Below, piece after piece: positions 21,401-36,000 of a stretch of 64,000 nucleotides of DNA. Each line of letters opens with the position of its first letter. Position 1 is the first letter of the stretch. The position numbers and the translations under genes are program-made. The DNA comes from Laetmonice hystrix (lineage: Eukaryota), in the NCBI GenBank assembly GCA_965235115.1, contig OZ249441.1, positions 33,790,001 to 33,854,000 of the forward strand, written 5' to 3'. The notes beneath the pieces were generated by a model. It saw nothing but the letters and a program-made list of their open reading frames with translations. It was not told the origin of the DNA and did not search any database.

Positions 21401-24400
21401 GATGAACGTATTCAGGTAGACGTTTCCTGCCAGGTCTCCGACGTTTAGTGACAGCCCATAGTAGACGCACGCCGCACAAAACCTGTGTACAAGATGGATA
21501 TGATGAAAAGTCGGCCCGACTTAGATGGTAGAAAAATTCTCGCGGTGCAAAAGGTCCTTACCCGTTATGTTGACTATCTGATTTTTTTTTTTTTTTTCTT
21601 TTTTTTTTTTTTTTGCGAAGCCCAGTGCAGACCAAATAGGCCTATATCCGAAGTCCAAAAGAAGTGGAGCCCACTGATTCCATAAAAAAAAATCCCATCA
21701 GCGTTAAAGAAATAAAAATGATAACTTTTAATTAGATCTATACAAAGAGAATCTGTTGTATTGTCTGAATGATATATCTGAGATCTTTGTAGGGTTTCTA
21801 AAGTATCACGTTTTTTGAGAGGGGTGTAGAGCTATCGGTTCTGACTGAAAGAAACCCCGTGCATATAACCCATCTCTGGCCGTTTTAATGAAACAAAACG
21901 GAACCAGGATTTCCCCACCCGTCCCAGACATGGCATGCCCAGTTTTGTAGGTATAGGTGTCGTGGAGCCGATATGGATGAAGATACGCGCAAAAATATCA
22001 CGGACTGACGACTATTGGAATATAGCTGCAACTAAAAAATGGGTAACCCCACATCTGAAAACTCCCGGGGGTGAAACTCCGCAACCCCTTGTGTTTCTTC
22101 TGAGGCATGAAAGTTATTAATCGCTGTAGCATAGCTTCTCCAACCAAGAGCTACAAATGGTTTGGGGGAAACTCGACCGGGAACAATACTGTCGTGCTGT
22201 TTTGAGGTTCTCTTTTACATGAAGTTATCCTTTTCACAACTCTTGGCGCGTACGTTGGACAAGATAATGTTCTGTGGTGTCGGTTGATGTCAAGGTATGG
22301 TTCCTCTGTACAGATCCTCTGTAGAGATCACAAAGTTTCCTTTGTAACTGTTGCAGATAGTCAACTTGCTGGCCGAGGAGCAGAGTCGACAATACATTCA
22401 GGTCTCGAGTCGTCAAGTGAACGTTATCATAATATTATTGATACTTAAAGTCAACCACCGGGATCGACTGCTGAGTCGTCCCTTTAGAAGACGTGCCTAA
22501 AGTCAACCACTGGGGTTGAGTGGCAGGATAGTCACGTGATGTGCTTAAAAACTGAACCACTGGGATGCGGCGGCTGCGTGGTCACGTGAGAATATGAGCA
22601 GTCACGTGTTGTGCGGAGACAGCCAATCAGATTCGTTTCTCGCGTCGTGACGTCATGGTCCTGCCCTGTTCCGATTGTCCGGTGACGTAATACTCACAAT
22701 ACTGCAATATCGTGTAATATCTTGGATAATACACTAGGTCACAATACAAGGTTAATTTGGGATAATTCCCTGCGCGCCAAGTCCTATTGATTATTTTCCT
22801 CATGTGTTTCGCTCAGTTCCTCTGAACGAAACATGGTAGACCTACGCTACCCTGGTCACGCTACCCTGAAACTGCATTTCAATGTAGCGCTCATTTCAGC
22901 ATTGTTTGAAGGAAGGCTGTAGACAATTCGTTTATAGGTGTTAATATCTCATAATACTTAGATCATGCAGACACATGGGGTTGCGGAGATTTTTTTGTAT
23001 ATTTTTGATCACACAACACAGGACAGTATTCACATCCATCACTCGTATATCGGGGGAAAAACAACAACCAAACGAAAGAAAAATTCTGCGCCCCCCAAAA
23101 AAAACACTTGGTTATTTTTGCATGATGCAAATTAGACAACAACTTAAAACTGTATTAAGGAAGTGTAAGAAAAACTAAAAGTAAAAAGATAGGTTATTTG
23201 TAAACTAGTAACGTCTGACCCTTTACGTGTACTCGCACTCTGTCGCACCCTACCAAGTATAGAGAATGATGATAGCCCGCCTACGCAGGGCTGCGGTCCG
23301 AAGCAGAATGAACGGGTTGGCGATATGATTCTTGCCTGCCTGCGAATAGAAGGTTTGCTAAAAACACACAGCCGACAGGCGTCAACAGGACACGCCCGCC
23401 ATGGCAAAACGTGTCAGGATATGTCACAAGATGCAAGTTAGTCGGTCTGTCCATGGCAGTTGGTATTTGAGATTCCATGCCCCAATCTAGAAGGGCCTTC
23501 CTTTATTTGTATTTTAAAGACGGGGTTCTCCACCCGCGAGATTTGGATTCGTCCTCGCTTCAAAATCAAAATGATCGAATATCTTTCGGACTTAATAGAA
23601 AAGAGTTTCTCAGGCATGTAGTAATTAAAGGAAAGAATAGTTGGAAAGAAAGAATTCAAGTAGCAAACAGGAAAACTAGTTTTTATGGTTACTTGTATTT
23701 CTATATTTCATACTTCAGAATCGCAAGCAGATAAACGAAACCAGATGAAAGGAATCTCAAATGTCCCTCATGCATGTCAATGACGATGGATTGACTGACC
23801 TTGACAGTTAGACAACCGCCAATCGAAAGCATTGCTTTTTCGTTGCAACCCAATGTGTATGTGTGTAAAGGAATCCTGAATTTCTTTTCGACTTGGCCCC
23901 CTAAAATCCTATGAAAATGTCTAAATGTGTTTTCGTGTCTTTATATATCACATGAAATGAATTTGTTCCTCAAAAAATCAAGACCAACGGTGTTTTAAAG
24001 ACTCCCTTAGCATGTTGTATCTTCAGTATACCCAGTAGGCCTATTGGCCCCTATTGAATGACCACAATACCCATACACCCATTCTTCAACCGTCCGTCTT
24101 TGTCAGTTCGGTTGATACTGATTCTATGGAACAACTACGCATGTCAGTGGAATGGAGTTCCCCTTCGTAAAAATATCGGAACGTAATGTAAATCTTTTAA
24201 ACAGACAATCTCGTACGCTACGGAAACAACTTGGTGAAGCTGAAATAGCATTGCTTTCGACTGCAGTGGTGGCCATCGTGAAGTTAGACAGTTCATGACA
24301 CTGAACACCGACTTTCTGTTTCACTAAAACCTTTTCGCCTTGCCATAGAAGGGGCGGGGGGAGAGAATGGGCCGCCTGAACGGAGGGTTCCACGTATATA

Positions 24401-27400
24401 GACCCTAACCAACTATACAGGGCAGACTAATCAGAACTACAGCTAAAGATCAACCTATAGGTCTCAGTATTTGTATGACACACGTTGGGACCACGAGGCA
24501 GTGAACGTTTCCAAAAGACTCACGTTATTAACCATTTTATGTTGTAGTTGTTACCTGGTCATGTATAGGCCTACGTATTCTTTTGCAAAAAGAGTTGCGC
24601 ATCTGTGTTTGTGCAAGCATGCATCTGTGTGTGTGCCATTTGCCCTGTACGTTTATGGACCGAGTTGGAATATCAGCATCCCTTCTTAAGTATAGGCCTA
24701 CCGTATACGCCTACGCGACTATACAGGACACTTGTGAATAAACCAATAGGCCTAGTACGAACGACAGACACTAAACTAGATATACCAGAGCCAGCGGGTT
24801 TCTAAGCTATCCTAATAATTCAGTCTCAGAAAAACCTCCTTCATAATAATATCATTTCAACCTGAAACATTTCATAGTACCTACAACTAGGTCTGAGGGG
24901 CTTCTAAATCTTGCTATATATATATAAGTGTCCCTTTCACAGAGGAGCCCAAAGGACCCTAAAAAGGTCACCGGGTATAACTAAGTATATAAACAAGAGA
25001 TGAATCCTGCAAAGTTTCTCCAAGATCTTATAGTAAGAGCGTTATATCATGCAACTGTAGAAAATCTTCGACACCGGTGTGGTGGAAAATATCAGACGGA
25101 TGCTCATCACCTGTTGCAGTTATTTCAAAATCAGCAAAAAAAAGATATGATCACATCAACACATTATAGCAGGTAAATCGACCATTCCACTTTCAAGGTG
25201 TACACATAGTGCAGCACCAGCGCGCTGTCCTGCGGTTATTCCTCCCCAGATGGCGCTGGTAGTCCCATGTGGGCAGGGCTGAGGTGCGGGCCAGTCGGCT
25301 CAACGCTGAGGAACACACAGCAACACTGCTGTGCAAGATCTTTACATTTCGGCCTAAAGGCCTTGATCCTGACAAAAACTATATGTCTATCTTAAAATAT
25401 ATTATTTTCCCCCTTTATAGAATATTATAGATAAAAAAAAACACATCGTGCCCATTTATTTGTTCTTTGATATATGTAAACATGCATTCATTTTGAAATA
25501 AAAACGGGGGTTTCGGTAAAATGTGGAGCATTTGCAATGGTGGGAGAAAAGTTTCAGTTATTCAGAGAGCGAGGACAATAAAGATGGTAACACATGATTT
25601 AATGCATACAGGTGACATTGCTGAGCCATCTGGAGATGGTAGACTAAAAGAAACAATTCTATAAAAATGCCATACCTTGGAGATCCGCTGGGGTACACAT
25701 ATTAATGAAAAGTTTAAAAATCGAATTACTATCTAGAATTGCACTGCAGGAATAGTATTTGGGATATCTTACCTCGGATACTTCGAACTCTATCCCGTCC
25801 GGAAGATCCCGTCCGTTAACCTTGGCCATCTTTCGTAGTATAGCAAGGGCTTCGTCCTTCCTTCCACGAGCGAGCAACCATCGTGGTGATTCCGGCACGG
25901 CGCTGTCACGCATTCAAACAACTCAATTAAAATTATAGCCCTACCGCCAAAAATATCTACCGTTTCAGTAACAAAAAAGTCATTATAAATATTAGTCAGT
26001 CGCTTTTTTTTTCATTTGCTTCTTAGGATTATAACTTATTATATTAGAATTCATAGGCCTAGATCTCTAAAGCATATTTCGTCATCTGCGCTTGCCTCAC
26101 TTTTCATTTAAAAAAGGAAAAAGTTAAAAATGAAAGCATAACAAAAACTTCACATGTCATAAACACATCAAGTCATGGTACTTGAGTTGAGCCCTAAATA
26201 GGACCGGTCATTCTTGAACAATGACAAAAAATTATCAAATCAGTTTTTCTTAAGTGGAAAGAAAGCGAACTTGGAGAGGTGCCAAATCTTTCTGCCTTTT
26301 TTCAAGCTCGTAAGATTATGGTCAGGTGTAAGCTTACCAGAAGTAGAGGAACACGTAGAGACAGCATCCAGTCAATGTAAGGGTGAGGGTTTGCCAGCTG
26401 GTGTCCTTGAGGCAGTATGCAATGCCTGCCAAGGTCATGTAACCGAACGCCCAGACGACGCACATACCGTTACCCATGAGTACCCGCCATTTGGGACCCA
26501 CCAACTCGGTGCCTGCAGCCGACAATAGATAACATTTCTACATTCTGACCATTCTGGACGTCAGACATAGCGAGATCAACTGATTAGGCCTACAGCCAGT
26601 ATGACAAGAGTGAGGGAGTAGTTGGTGTTTAATTCCCAGTCAGTAGTAGTCAGTATAAAAAGGAGAATTAATAGGCCTATTATTAGGCCACACTGAAAAC
26701 ATTACGAGACAGGGGCCACACGAAAATAATGACCTAGAAACCATTCACTTCTATGTTAAATTTTCGACGTCGTTATTTTCGACCTTTAGTTATAACCGGC
26801 CCCAGTGTTGCTATACCGGATTCCCTCTTCTTCTTTTTCCAAAATAAACCGCACGACTCACCTAGAACAAAGGCCGACGTGTAGGTGTCAAGGTTTGTGA
26901 GGCCAATAAAGAAACGAAGGACGATAAAGAAATAAACATTGGGTGAGAACACCATGATGAGGCGGAATCCAATGGCCATAGCGGCGAAGGCGGCAAGCAC
27001 AGGGCGACGACCGAACCTGGAGATAGAGATGATGTTGTTATTCCAGTTTTACTACTCCCATCAACTATAAAAAAAAACAACCTGAGAACACTGTGTCGTT
27101 CACACTGACACGATTAACTTCAATTCGAAAGAAGTTTCTAAGGCTTTGCGAATTTGAATGGAAAATTACAGCAGTGGGGAGTTCCAACAGTTCGTAAGAA
27201 CTTGTACGAATGCTTGCGACTTCGCAGGTGGCAGTGTGAATGGAGTTCATGAGCAACATTCTTATTCGTAAGATCACCCAGGAACGTTCGAAAATTCCTT
27301 ACGAAGTTTGTATGGCTAAAAAGTTCTGCTTGGTGTGAATGGCTCTGAGATGAACAACTATGTAGAGACTCCTGTGGGAAGTTACCAAGCGAAACCAATG

Positions 27401-30400
27401 ATATACCAAAACATCATAACATGTGCTTTTAATAACACATGGCCTACATGTAGGCCTATGTGCAATCACAATTAGGCCCCAAAAAGAACATTCCCGGTTT
27501 CTGGTCTGAGGCACATTTCAAAAGTGGTGCGGGTTTTTTTAAACATTATTTTTTTGGCGACAGCTGGCTAAAATGGTAAGCCTCATAAGAATTACCATGT
27601 AAATTGAACTCATAAACAAGGACCATGACCTTTCGTATCATCGCTTTGAATACAACACACTTCCGTTGCAGTGTTGGTTAGTTTCAAGCCTTACCGCTAG
27701 GTGGCAGCACAATTCACAGTCATCCAAGGTGAGGGCAAGAAAAAAAAACACTCAATGCACGGCATCTGACCAGAAACCGGGATTTTGTTTTCCTGGTCTT
27801 ATGTGGAAGTTTGCTTGATCTTACCGGTCGGATAAAACTCCTCCTGACATCACGCCAACTAATGTTCCGGCCAGGAAGGCCGAGTTCACAGTAGCAATCA
27901 GCCATCGTCGGTGGCACACGAGATCCCACTGAGGCAAGANNNNNNNNNNNNNNNNNNNNNNNNNNNNNNNNNNNNNNNNNNNNNNNNNNNNNNNNNNNNN
28001 NNNNNNNNNNNNNNNNNNNNNNNNNNNNNNNNNNNNNNNNNNNNNNNNNNNNNNNNNNNNNNNNNNNNNNNNNNNNNNNNNNNNNNNNNNNNNNNNNNNN
28101 NNNNNNNNNNNNNNNNNNNNNNNNNNNNNNNNNNNNNNNNNNNNNNNNNNNNNNNNNNNNNNNNNNNNNNNNNNNNNNNNNNNNNNNNNNNNNNNNNNNN
28201 NNNNNNNNNNNNNNNNNNNNNNNNNNNNNNNNNNNNNNNNNNNNNNNNNNNNNNNNNNNNNNNNNNNNNNNNNNNNNNNNNNNNNNNNNNNNNNNNNNNN
28301 NNNNNNNNNNNNNNNNNNNNNNNNNNNNNNNNNNNNNNNNNNNNNNNNNNNNNNNNNNNNNNNNNNNNNNNNNNNNNNNNNNNNNNNNNNNNNNNNNNNN
28401 NNNNNNNNNNNNNNNNNNNNNNNNNNNNNNNNNNNNNNNNNNNNNNNNNNNNNNNNNNNNNNNNNNNNNNNNNNNNNNNNNNNNNNNNNNNNNNNNNNNN
28501 NNNNNNNNNNNNNNNNNNNNNNNNNNNNNNNNNNNNNNNNNNNNNNNNNNNNNNNNNNNNNNTATAGATCTATAAGCCCACGATTGTCGTATGTGTTGAC
28601 AGAACCACATATGCGTGAGATTCCAAGTAAAGGCTGACATGTGTATATATAATTACATTAGTCTGTATGTTGTGTTGGTCTACTTCACAAGTACATGCCA
28701 AAAACATGAACTGGAAAATTCCATGGTTGATTACTCCAACACAAACTTTCATAGTATAGGCCAGGTCAATACTAAAACTATAATTCAGGAGGTTGCGTGC
28801 GTGTAAAATATCATTTCAATAGCACGCATGCGGGCTGTGTGATCCACTGAGAAGAAATATATTTTATGGGTGCCGATGCCTGCAGTCATTTCTCACATAA
28901 TCGGAGACGTCGGGTGGTCATAGGAAATTCAGGAAATTCATAGGAAATTCAGCAAACGTCAAAACACTATGAATTTGTGCAATTCATTGGCCAGCAATAG
29001 TTTTTTTTAAAAAAACGTTGGAAAGGGTTTTTCCAAGGGTGGATGATGTCTACAATATTTATTTTTCTATATTAAATACGTAAAGTGGCACAAGTCCAGA
29101 GCAGCACATCAAGTTGCGTCAACCTGCCAACGCTCTTGGATGAACCGAATCGATCTTCCCATCGACCCTGCGGATGTGTTTGCGAGTTCGTGTCTGTGAG
29201 ATTATGAACGCCGCGTTCAGCCCTCAGTGGGTAATTTTATTGATCATAGAGCATAATTTATATACGTGGATGGTCTCCGTGAAAGTAGCTCTAACCACGA
29301 ACCACGATTAGCACGATACGTTGGCAGCACTACGTCACGGTTGCTGATTGCGGGGGAGGGGGTGGTGGGGGTCAGACAAGGTCTAGCGCTTGGTGATGGC
29401 ACAGACATATCAAATGTTAGTAGGCAGTAAACCGCTGTGAACCCTTGCAAAGACTTCCAGGACAACATCTAGAAGGATGACTTTTTGATCCATCTGTCGC
29501 GTCTTTGCTCTGTTTCCAGTGGGGACCTAAGTGGATTGTAATCCCCGCTCCCTCCCCTACAACCCGGGCAGTGTTCAGGGGCGGATTTAGGGGGGGGGCG
29601 AGGGGGCCGCGCCCCCCTTTCGTCAGGGTATACCAATCAGAAAAAAGGCAAAATGTTGTTGTTTGCAACTGTAAAAGCACAGGAAATTTCAGGAAATGCC
29701 ATTTCAGAGACTCTAGATGTTCAAAATTGTCTGGGGGAATGCCCTCGGACCCCCTACCAGGGCTCGGCCCCCTTTAATTCCAACCGCCCCCCCCCCCTTT
29801 CCAAAATCCTGGATCCGCCCCTGGTGTTATGAAAATAGCATGGAGGCAGCCTATATATGCGCCGATGCTATACCCAAAGCGCTAGACATTCCATATTCTT
29901 ATGTTTCCAAAGGTCACCATTTCTCCTAGCAACCAGAGTTCCCTGACACGGAGTATAACTAACCCCAAGAAACGTTACTGATGGTAAAGGGCTCAGATCG
30001 CTCCACGCACCTGCATGGACGCTACAGATGTTCTATTTTCTCTCTGGCCACGCCCATCTTGAAATGACGGCCAAGAAATGACAGGTACAAAGTCCAAGAT
30101 CTGCAGAACCTTAAATGGGCCTCTTTGTTCAGACTGTTATTTCTTTATTATTTTACATCATGCTTCATGTATAGTTCATGATGCTGCAGTTAGGAAGACA
30201 TTCCTCTGTCCTGTCCGGCTTTCATGAACTCTATTTCAAGCTAGTCAGGTTCCCATTCAATTTTTACGCCCCAAATAGGCCTATATATCTTCCTATTTGG
30301 TATCTAACGCATGAAATTATCATTGAATTAAATGTGGCATAGAGCCTATGAACCATGGTCGCAGGCCACCTATGCAGTTTTTATAATGTAGGGTATGTTT

Positions 30401-31157
30401 TGTCAATCTCCTGTTTTTATCAGGCGCACGTTATTTTAGTATAATATAATGCAATGGCATACAGTCATGAGACATGACGGGTCACCTCATCTCAACACAG
30501 CAGGGGCGGATCACCAACGGGGAGGGGGGGGGGCGCCACTTCACAACTATCTACAAAAACACTTGGCTATATATATAGTGTCATGAATGAACCCTTTTGG
30601 GGGGACCCGGGTTCACTTTGGTCAAGAATCGGGTTGCTTTATAAACGTGTTATGGTCCATGATCTGATTTATAGGCCTATCAGCAGGACGCCTACCTGTT
30701 TGACGACACCGTTGGCGAACTGAGCATCGCCGTATTCCCACTGCGAGCAGTAGGAACTCGAAGCGTTTTTGGACGCGCGCAACCTCTCAATCGTCGATGA
30801 TACGTTCCCAGCTAACTGTGCTTCTTCAAGATGCTCCCACGCATTGTCGTAGATCTCGCAGTGACTCGACACGCGGCGTCCTTCGATATTTTCAGACGGT
30901 ATCGTCAAAGCAACGATGTCCTCAGACGTTAAGTTAGGATGGCCCGAGAACGAAGAAGACGCGTTGCTGTCAACGGCACCGATCGATACTTGGTTCGGCG
31001 ACGCCAAACACCAATGCTCTGGAATGGCGGTCATGAACACGATGTCCATAACATAAAACGCATTACTGATTGCTACAAGCGTCAGTAGGAAACAAACACG
31101 CTTCTGATAGCGTCCGAACTCCCCGACATGTTGTCTTAGCACGTCGTCGAATTCCAT
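18430..31157 (-). CDS. SLC22-family organic cation/carnitine transporter (Orct-like, MFS), ~582 aa, 10 coding exons
   Basis: Exons 31157-30696, 27928-27825, 27016-26862, 26512-26338, 25902-25773, 23339-23254, 21482-21265, 20003-19822, 19067-18931, 18529-18430 (1749 nt, phases consistent). Motifs: MEFDDVL..VGEFGRYQ, WDLVC, SDRFGRRP, ELVGPKWR, VPESPRWL, VYYGLSLN, VELFPT.LR, LPETRG. AATAAA at 17860-17855. Subfamily not assignable. Confidence 0.93.
19248..19721 (-). mobile_element. Second, inverted copy of the 32-bp-array element (SLC22 intron 8)
   Basis: About 14 units of CCTAGGATGAAATCACTCTAGAGTGTTCTGAA. The end AGGGTAGTGATTTGATCCTGCTAC is the reverse complement of the 9578 end. Confidence 0.8.
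20719..21258. repeat. 45-bp minisatellite, ~12 copies, SLC22 intron 7
   Basis: Unit CTCCCTC(C/T)GACAGTCAGTAAACCTACACGC(TC/CA)TGTCTAGGATGT(G/A). It begins immediately after the GTAAGT donor. Confidence 0.95.
27940..28562. other. Assembly gap (SLC22 intron 1)
   Basis: Run of N, 11 nt from the exon-2 boundary. Confidence 1.
29576..29823. mobile_element. MITE, CAGGGGCGGAT family, perfect 5-bp TSD GTGTT
   Basis: GTGTT|CAGGGGCGGATT ... GGATCCGCCCCTG|GTGTT. Confidence 0.85.
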
Positions 31158-32890
31158 CTTCCAGGCTGAGTTCTATATTGTCATCCGCTGCCTGTGAAGT
31201 CACCCTTCGGAAACCGCAGACGCCAGCGGGAGAAGTTCTGTGCTGATTATATTAGGCCTTTTAGGGATGGTCTGCTGCGGCCGCACCAACTAGCGACACC
31301 TAGTGTCGCACTCTTTGACCTGATGTTGCCTAGAATCGGGCGTTGCATGACGCATTTCGTCCAGCACGGCTACGCCCGAGTATACCGTGACCACATCTGG
31401 GACTATCGATTTTTGGTCAATGAGCGATAGCTCGATGATTTTGAAAGTTTGTATACGTATATGACACATCATCATTATAGGTAAGATAACCGACATTGAC
31501 GATAACTCCAGTCTACATTATTGTTGGACATTTTCTCAATACTAGAGGTATAGTAGGAGCCTTTAAGTGATTAATTAACTGATAAAAGAAGTTAATTACT
31601 TAATTAGGACGCTAAATTTGCAAGAAAATGGGTTGTTTTGGTACTGGCCATCCAATTTCATATGAATTCTCATGAGCGAATCTTTGATCGGTCCAGATCT
31701 GGGAGACACTGAACTAAAGTATCGTAAGCCAGCTGAGGGGAGAGTCTAGGTGAACCATGTGGATTGGCTACGTGCCAGAACGCGTTCAATAAATAATTCA
31801 AGATGGGGAGCTATGAATAAGCCATGTTGTGGTTAGCAACACTGATATAAAAGTCGTCATGGAAACGGAACAATGGACCAGTATGTGGATGTATAGAGTT
31901 CAGTAACCCACTGCCACCTGTGTTTACAATGAAATAGGCCTATGACTTTTTCTTCCAAAAGTTATTAGCAAACGTATTGAATTAAACAATTAACTCATTA
32001 AAGAATGCTATCTTTCTCATGGGGGTAGGCCACTCTGGATCTTTTTCAAGGAATGGACTAATATTTTATATAAAAAAAAGTGGACGTTTTGGGTGAAAAT
32101 AGACGCCTCCATTCCATTCCGCAAACTAACAAGAAAATAAAACTTGCCGTACAACTTCTTTGCATGGAAAAGTGACCCTCTGCCCGTCTAGGGGGAGGGG
32201 GTCGCCCGTCCCCCTCCCCCTCCCCAACTACGGACCTGAACTGTACTTAACGTAATGACATTTGTCCTAAAATTCAAAGGCCGTCAGGGGGGTGGGGGTG
32301 GGGGGGGGGGGGGTTCAGACCCGAAGCTCTAAGCCGCATTTATAAGCGCTAAGCTCTAAGCTTATAAACTTATAAGCAGCTCTAAGCCGCATTTATAAGT
32401 CGGATAACAGCACAGATGTACAAACTTGTAGTTCTCGGGATTCCGTAAATGATTCACCAGTATTTCATCAGTGTGCCATAGACATGGCATATTTCGTGAT
32501 ACTACTCAGATGGGGGACATACAGACACAAGTCTCATAATTAACCTGGACAACAAACCATGACCCGCAGTGAGTAAAAAAGCAACTTTTATGTTGTTATG
32601 AGGGCGGAAAGATGTACATGTGTATGTATAGAATTCGAAACGCTTCATGGAAATAGCCTGCAGGTTAGGTCCTTCTATATATGCGAAAATATAACAGAAA
32701 GGCCAAATTTAAATATTTATATTCTGAACACGTATCGTCCACGATACAAGAAAGTACTTGAATATTTAGAAGATCGGGCACTGCGCCATGCCCCCCCCCC
32801 CCCCCCGGGCTCACATTTGACTTGCCAACAATGATTAAAATTTATGTGGTCAGAAGCCTTCATGATAACTCGCGCCACCTCCAAACCCCT

Positions 32891-33065
32891 GGCCCTGGTT
32901 TTTAGTTTGCAAACTCAGTCTTAAGATTCAAATCTTAAGACTGAACTCTTGTTTCAGAGCTTCTGATTGGTCCTTCAAATAAAGTTAGCCAATGAGAGAC
33001 CATAACACAAGTCAATCTTAAAATTCCAGTCTTAAGATTGGTATAACGAACTAAAAACCGGACCC
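32891..33065. mobile_element. Short palindromic MITE (Harbinger-like)
   Basis: Ends GGCCCTGGTTTTTAGTT and AACTAAAAACCGGACCC. Internal repeated CAGTCTTAAGA motifs in both orientations. TSD unclear. Confidence 0.55.
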
Positions 33066-36000
33066 TGCTGTGGAATCCCGTAGAATCTAGCTCAATGACA
33101 CTTCAACGTTTTGAAAGCCCAATAAAATCCTTCCTAGTTTTTCCCTGGCATGCCTATTCAACACACTGTACCATTCACAAAAAAATGACCTTCAAAGTAT
33201 GTCCTTTTTTGTGCTTTGTCAGTGGCATTGCCCACTGTAAAACCGATTACATTTTATAAATGATTGCATTGAAACCACAGTCTGAATTGCATGGTTCAAC
33301 GGCTCTGAAAACATTCGTGGTAACAATACACTCCCCTTGCCTTCCTTCCGACATTTCCCAGACAAAAACGGACCCAATATTGTGAACTGTATACCTCCTT
33401 TATTATTCCCACTTAATACAAGGAATCTTGCCGATCCCGTAAGATTAGTAGTTCGAAGGTAGGTTCCCTTTTCCTGGAACATAACTTTAATGAAACGCTG
33501 TTTTATAAGATCCTGTTACAGACTTTATGGCCGACTACTATAAATCCATCGCCTTCATACATACATACATGTTCAAATAGGAAAGTAATCCGTTCTTTAA
33601 TCTCGTTTACTTGTCATGTCATGCCGGGACCCGATCTCTGGATCCCGTTTTACCCGTTACGGTAAATAATTATATAACAACGCGCCCTGTCTGAGTCCCA
33701 TTAAAAAAAAATAACAATATATGTCACGTCATGGTTCCCTCTTACATCCATTCCATTAACAATCGATAAAATATCATTGAAGTAATAAAATTGTTGTCAT
33801 TAGTAGTGCATGTTCTTCTTGTACGAGTAACTGCACACTTTGGACACAGAAAGAAAATAAGTAGCAAAGAAGCGAAAACCGACTGATTGCACCCTTGTAT
33901 AGATCAGGTTGTGCTGCCGAACGTTGGCAGTGACCGAGCCTAGCCGGTTCTGACGTACAATAAACTCTCCTGTCCTACACATACAGTCTCTAACTGAACC
34001 CTCCGATACTGCGAGAACATGAGACAGTTCACCTACCTAACACAAACATTTCACAGCGGGACAACTGATATCAGCAAAAACATACAAGTGCGGAAACCAA
34101 AGCAGAACAGACTACAAGAGATACCTCCATGTACTTAAGGACCAGCGGATGTGTGCCCGTTTTGTCGGTGTTTTTTTTTAACACATATCCAACACAAACC
34201 AAAGAAACCTCCAATGTGCTTTTCTTATCAACATCATTGTAGTGTTTCCAATGAAATTACTCAGGGTAGCTCTCTCACATGGTAAACATCATTTCCTTCT
34301 CTGTACACGCCCATGGGGAGTTTCTACGAACTTATACACGGAGCACCCTTGGCGACAATCAGCAGATACATATCATGTATAAATACACTCACCAAAACGG
34401 TAATAATGTAAGTATGCAAGTCTTTCTGGCAATTATTAATTCTATAAAACTTCCTCCACCGTGTAGTCGTAGTACCACACCTGTATGATCATTTGACGGG
34501 TCCCTCCCTCTCAGAAAATTAAACTCATTTCCAAGTCTACCTCCATATTCCGTCTTGCAGAATACACAAACAGAAAGAGAAAACGGTTTTTTACTTCTCT
34601 CTCTCTCTCACACATATTTACATATCAGAGATTTACAAGGTGCAACATGCAATATCTATGAAAACTGACGAAAGGAATTACCGTAAATTTATCACTCAGT
34701 GATAATATTATTATTTTACACTGTCTGGAAGATCTCTGCAACAACACAAGATGCAACAAAGTTAACATATATCATAGTAACATATTTTATCCGGTTTCTG
34801 AACCCTGATTTGTATATCATCTATGCATCCTAATGGCCCAACAGTCAATCAAGAGATCTTTTTTTGACGGATCCCTGCCCCAAGCAAACCAGTTTTCTAT
34901 TCATCCACGTGTGAATAACAAACTACCATACCAAAAGTCTTGAGAGGATAGAAAACCAACCCCTCTGGTAGGACAAGTACCTCTCTGTCTTTCCTCACCC
35001 TTGATTCCGACAGCCCTGTGATGCGTTTTCCCCGCTAACGTCTTTGTAACAAGCATTTGGTTTGCAGCGGTTACAACCATGAATGGGTTCAATGTCCATT
35101 ATGATGCCATACTCTATCATCACTCGGCAATGATATTTTTTAATTATCTCGGTACATGCATTCACTAATAACAATAAATCTAAACCCATTCCATTCACTG
35201 TTAGCTCACTATTTACCACAGATAAATAAATCTTATAGTTTCACGGAAATACATGAAAGAAGACATCGAATTTGACTTCATACAGAGATCAAATACAATC
35301 CACCTTTTCTATCACCAGTCGAGATACCTACATTATATCGTACTGTAATCAGTTACATACATTGACACAAACGTTATGCAAGTCACATCCATCAACATCC
35401 ATTAGTGTGATCTGCTTTTCCTTTATCCTATTAAATAAAATTATCTAATCACGGATATTTTCATCGTTTCTTTCCTTTTCCCTTAGATGTACATTCATCC
35501 AATTCAACCAAGATCTTGATACGAAATTCAAAATTCTATCTACTCTTGTAATGCTAGCATGTTGGAAATCAAAATAAAGGTTTAGAAGACTTTCAAAGTG
35601 TTATGTTTGTTTTACCCGTTTTCCTATCAAAGCAACGTTCCGTGTAAGATACCTTCTTGCTGTTAGTACTGTTACTGAGCCTGTACTTGAAAGAAAATAC
35701 ATGTGTATATAATATACTCTGTTTACAAATTATATAAAGTAGAATTACGGCTCTCAGCATCTGGCTCCTAGCACGTTGTATTCTATATCTAAACATTGTT
35801 TCTTCATGTTGGTTATTTTTTCCCCAAATTATCCACAATTGCCCTCAGAACCTGCAGAATTGAAGTTAATATCGTATGAATCGCGAATATGCATTTCTGA
35901 TAGGAATATAAGCCTGTCTGTTCAATAGAAAAATTAATCCTTTTGTAAAGTAAAGTAGACTGATTGCCCTCCTATGCCCTTTTTCTGGCAGTCATCTGCC

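Noticed and set aside
18430-31157. Idea that SLC22 supplies catecholamine-type cross-linkers to the adjacent secreted proteins
   Set aside because: Adjacency is the only evidence, and SLC22 genes are numerous; no sequence support for co-regulation.
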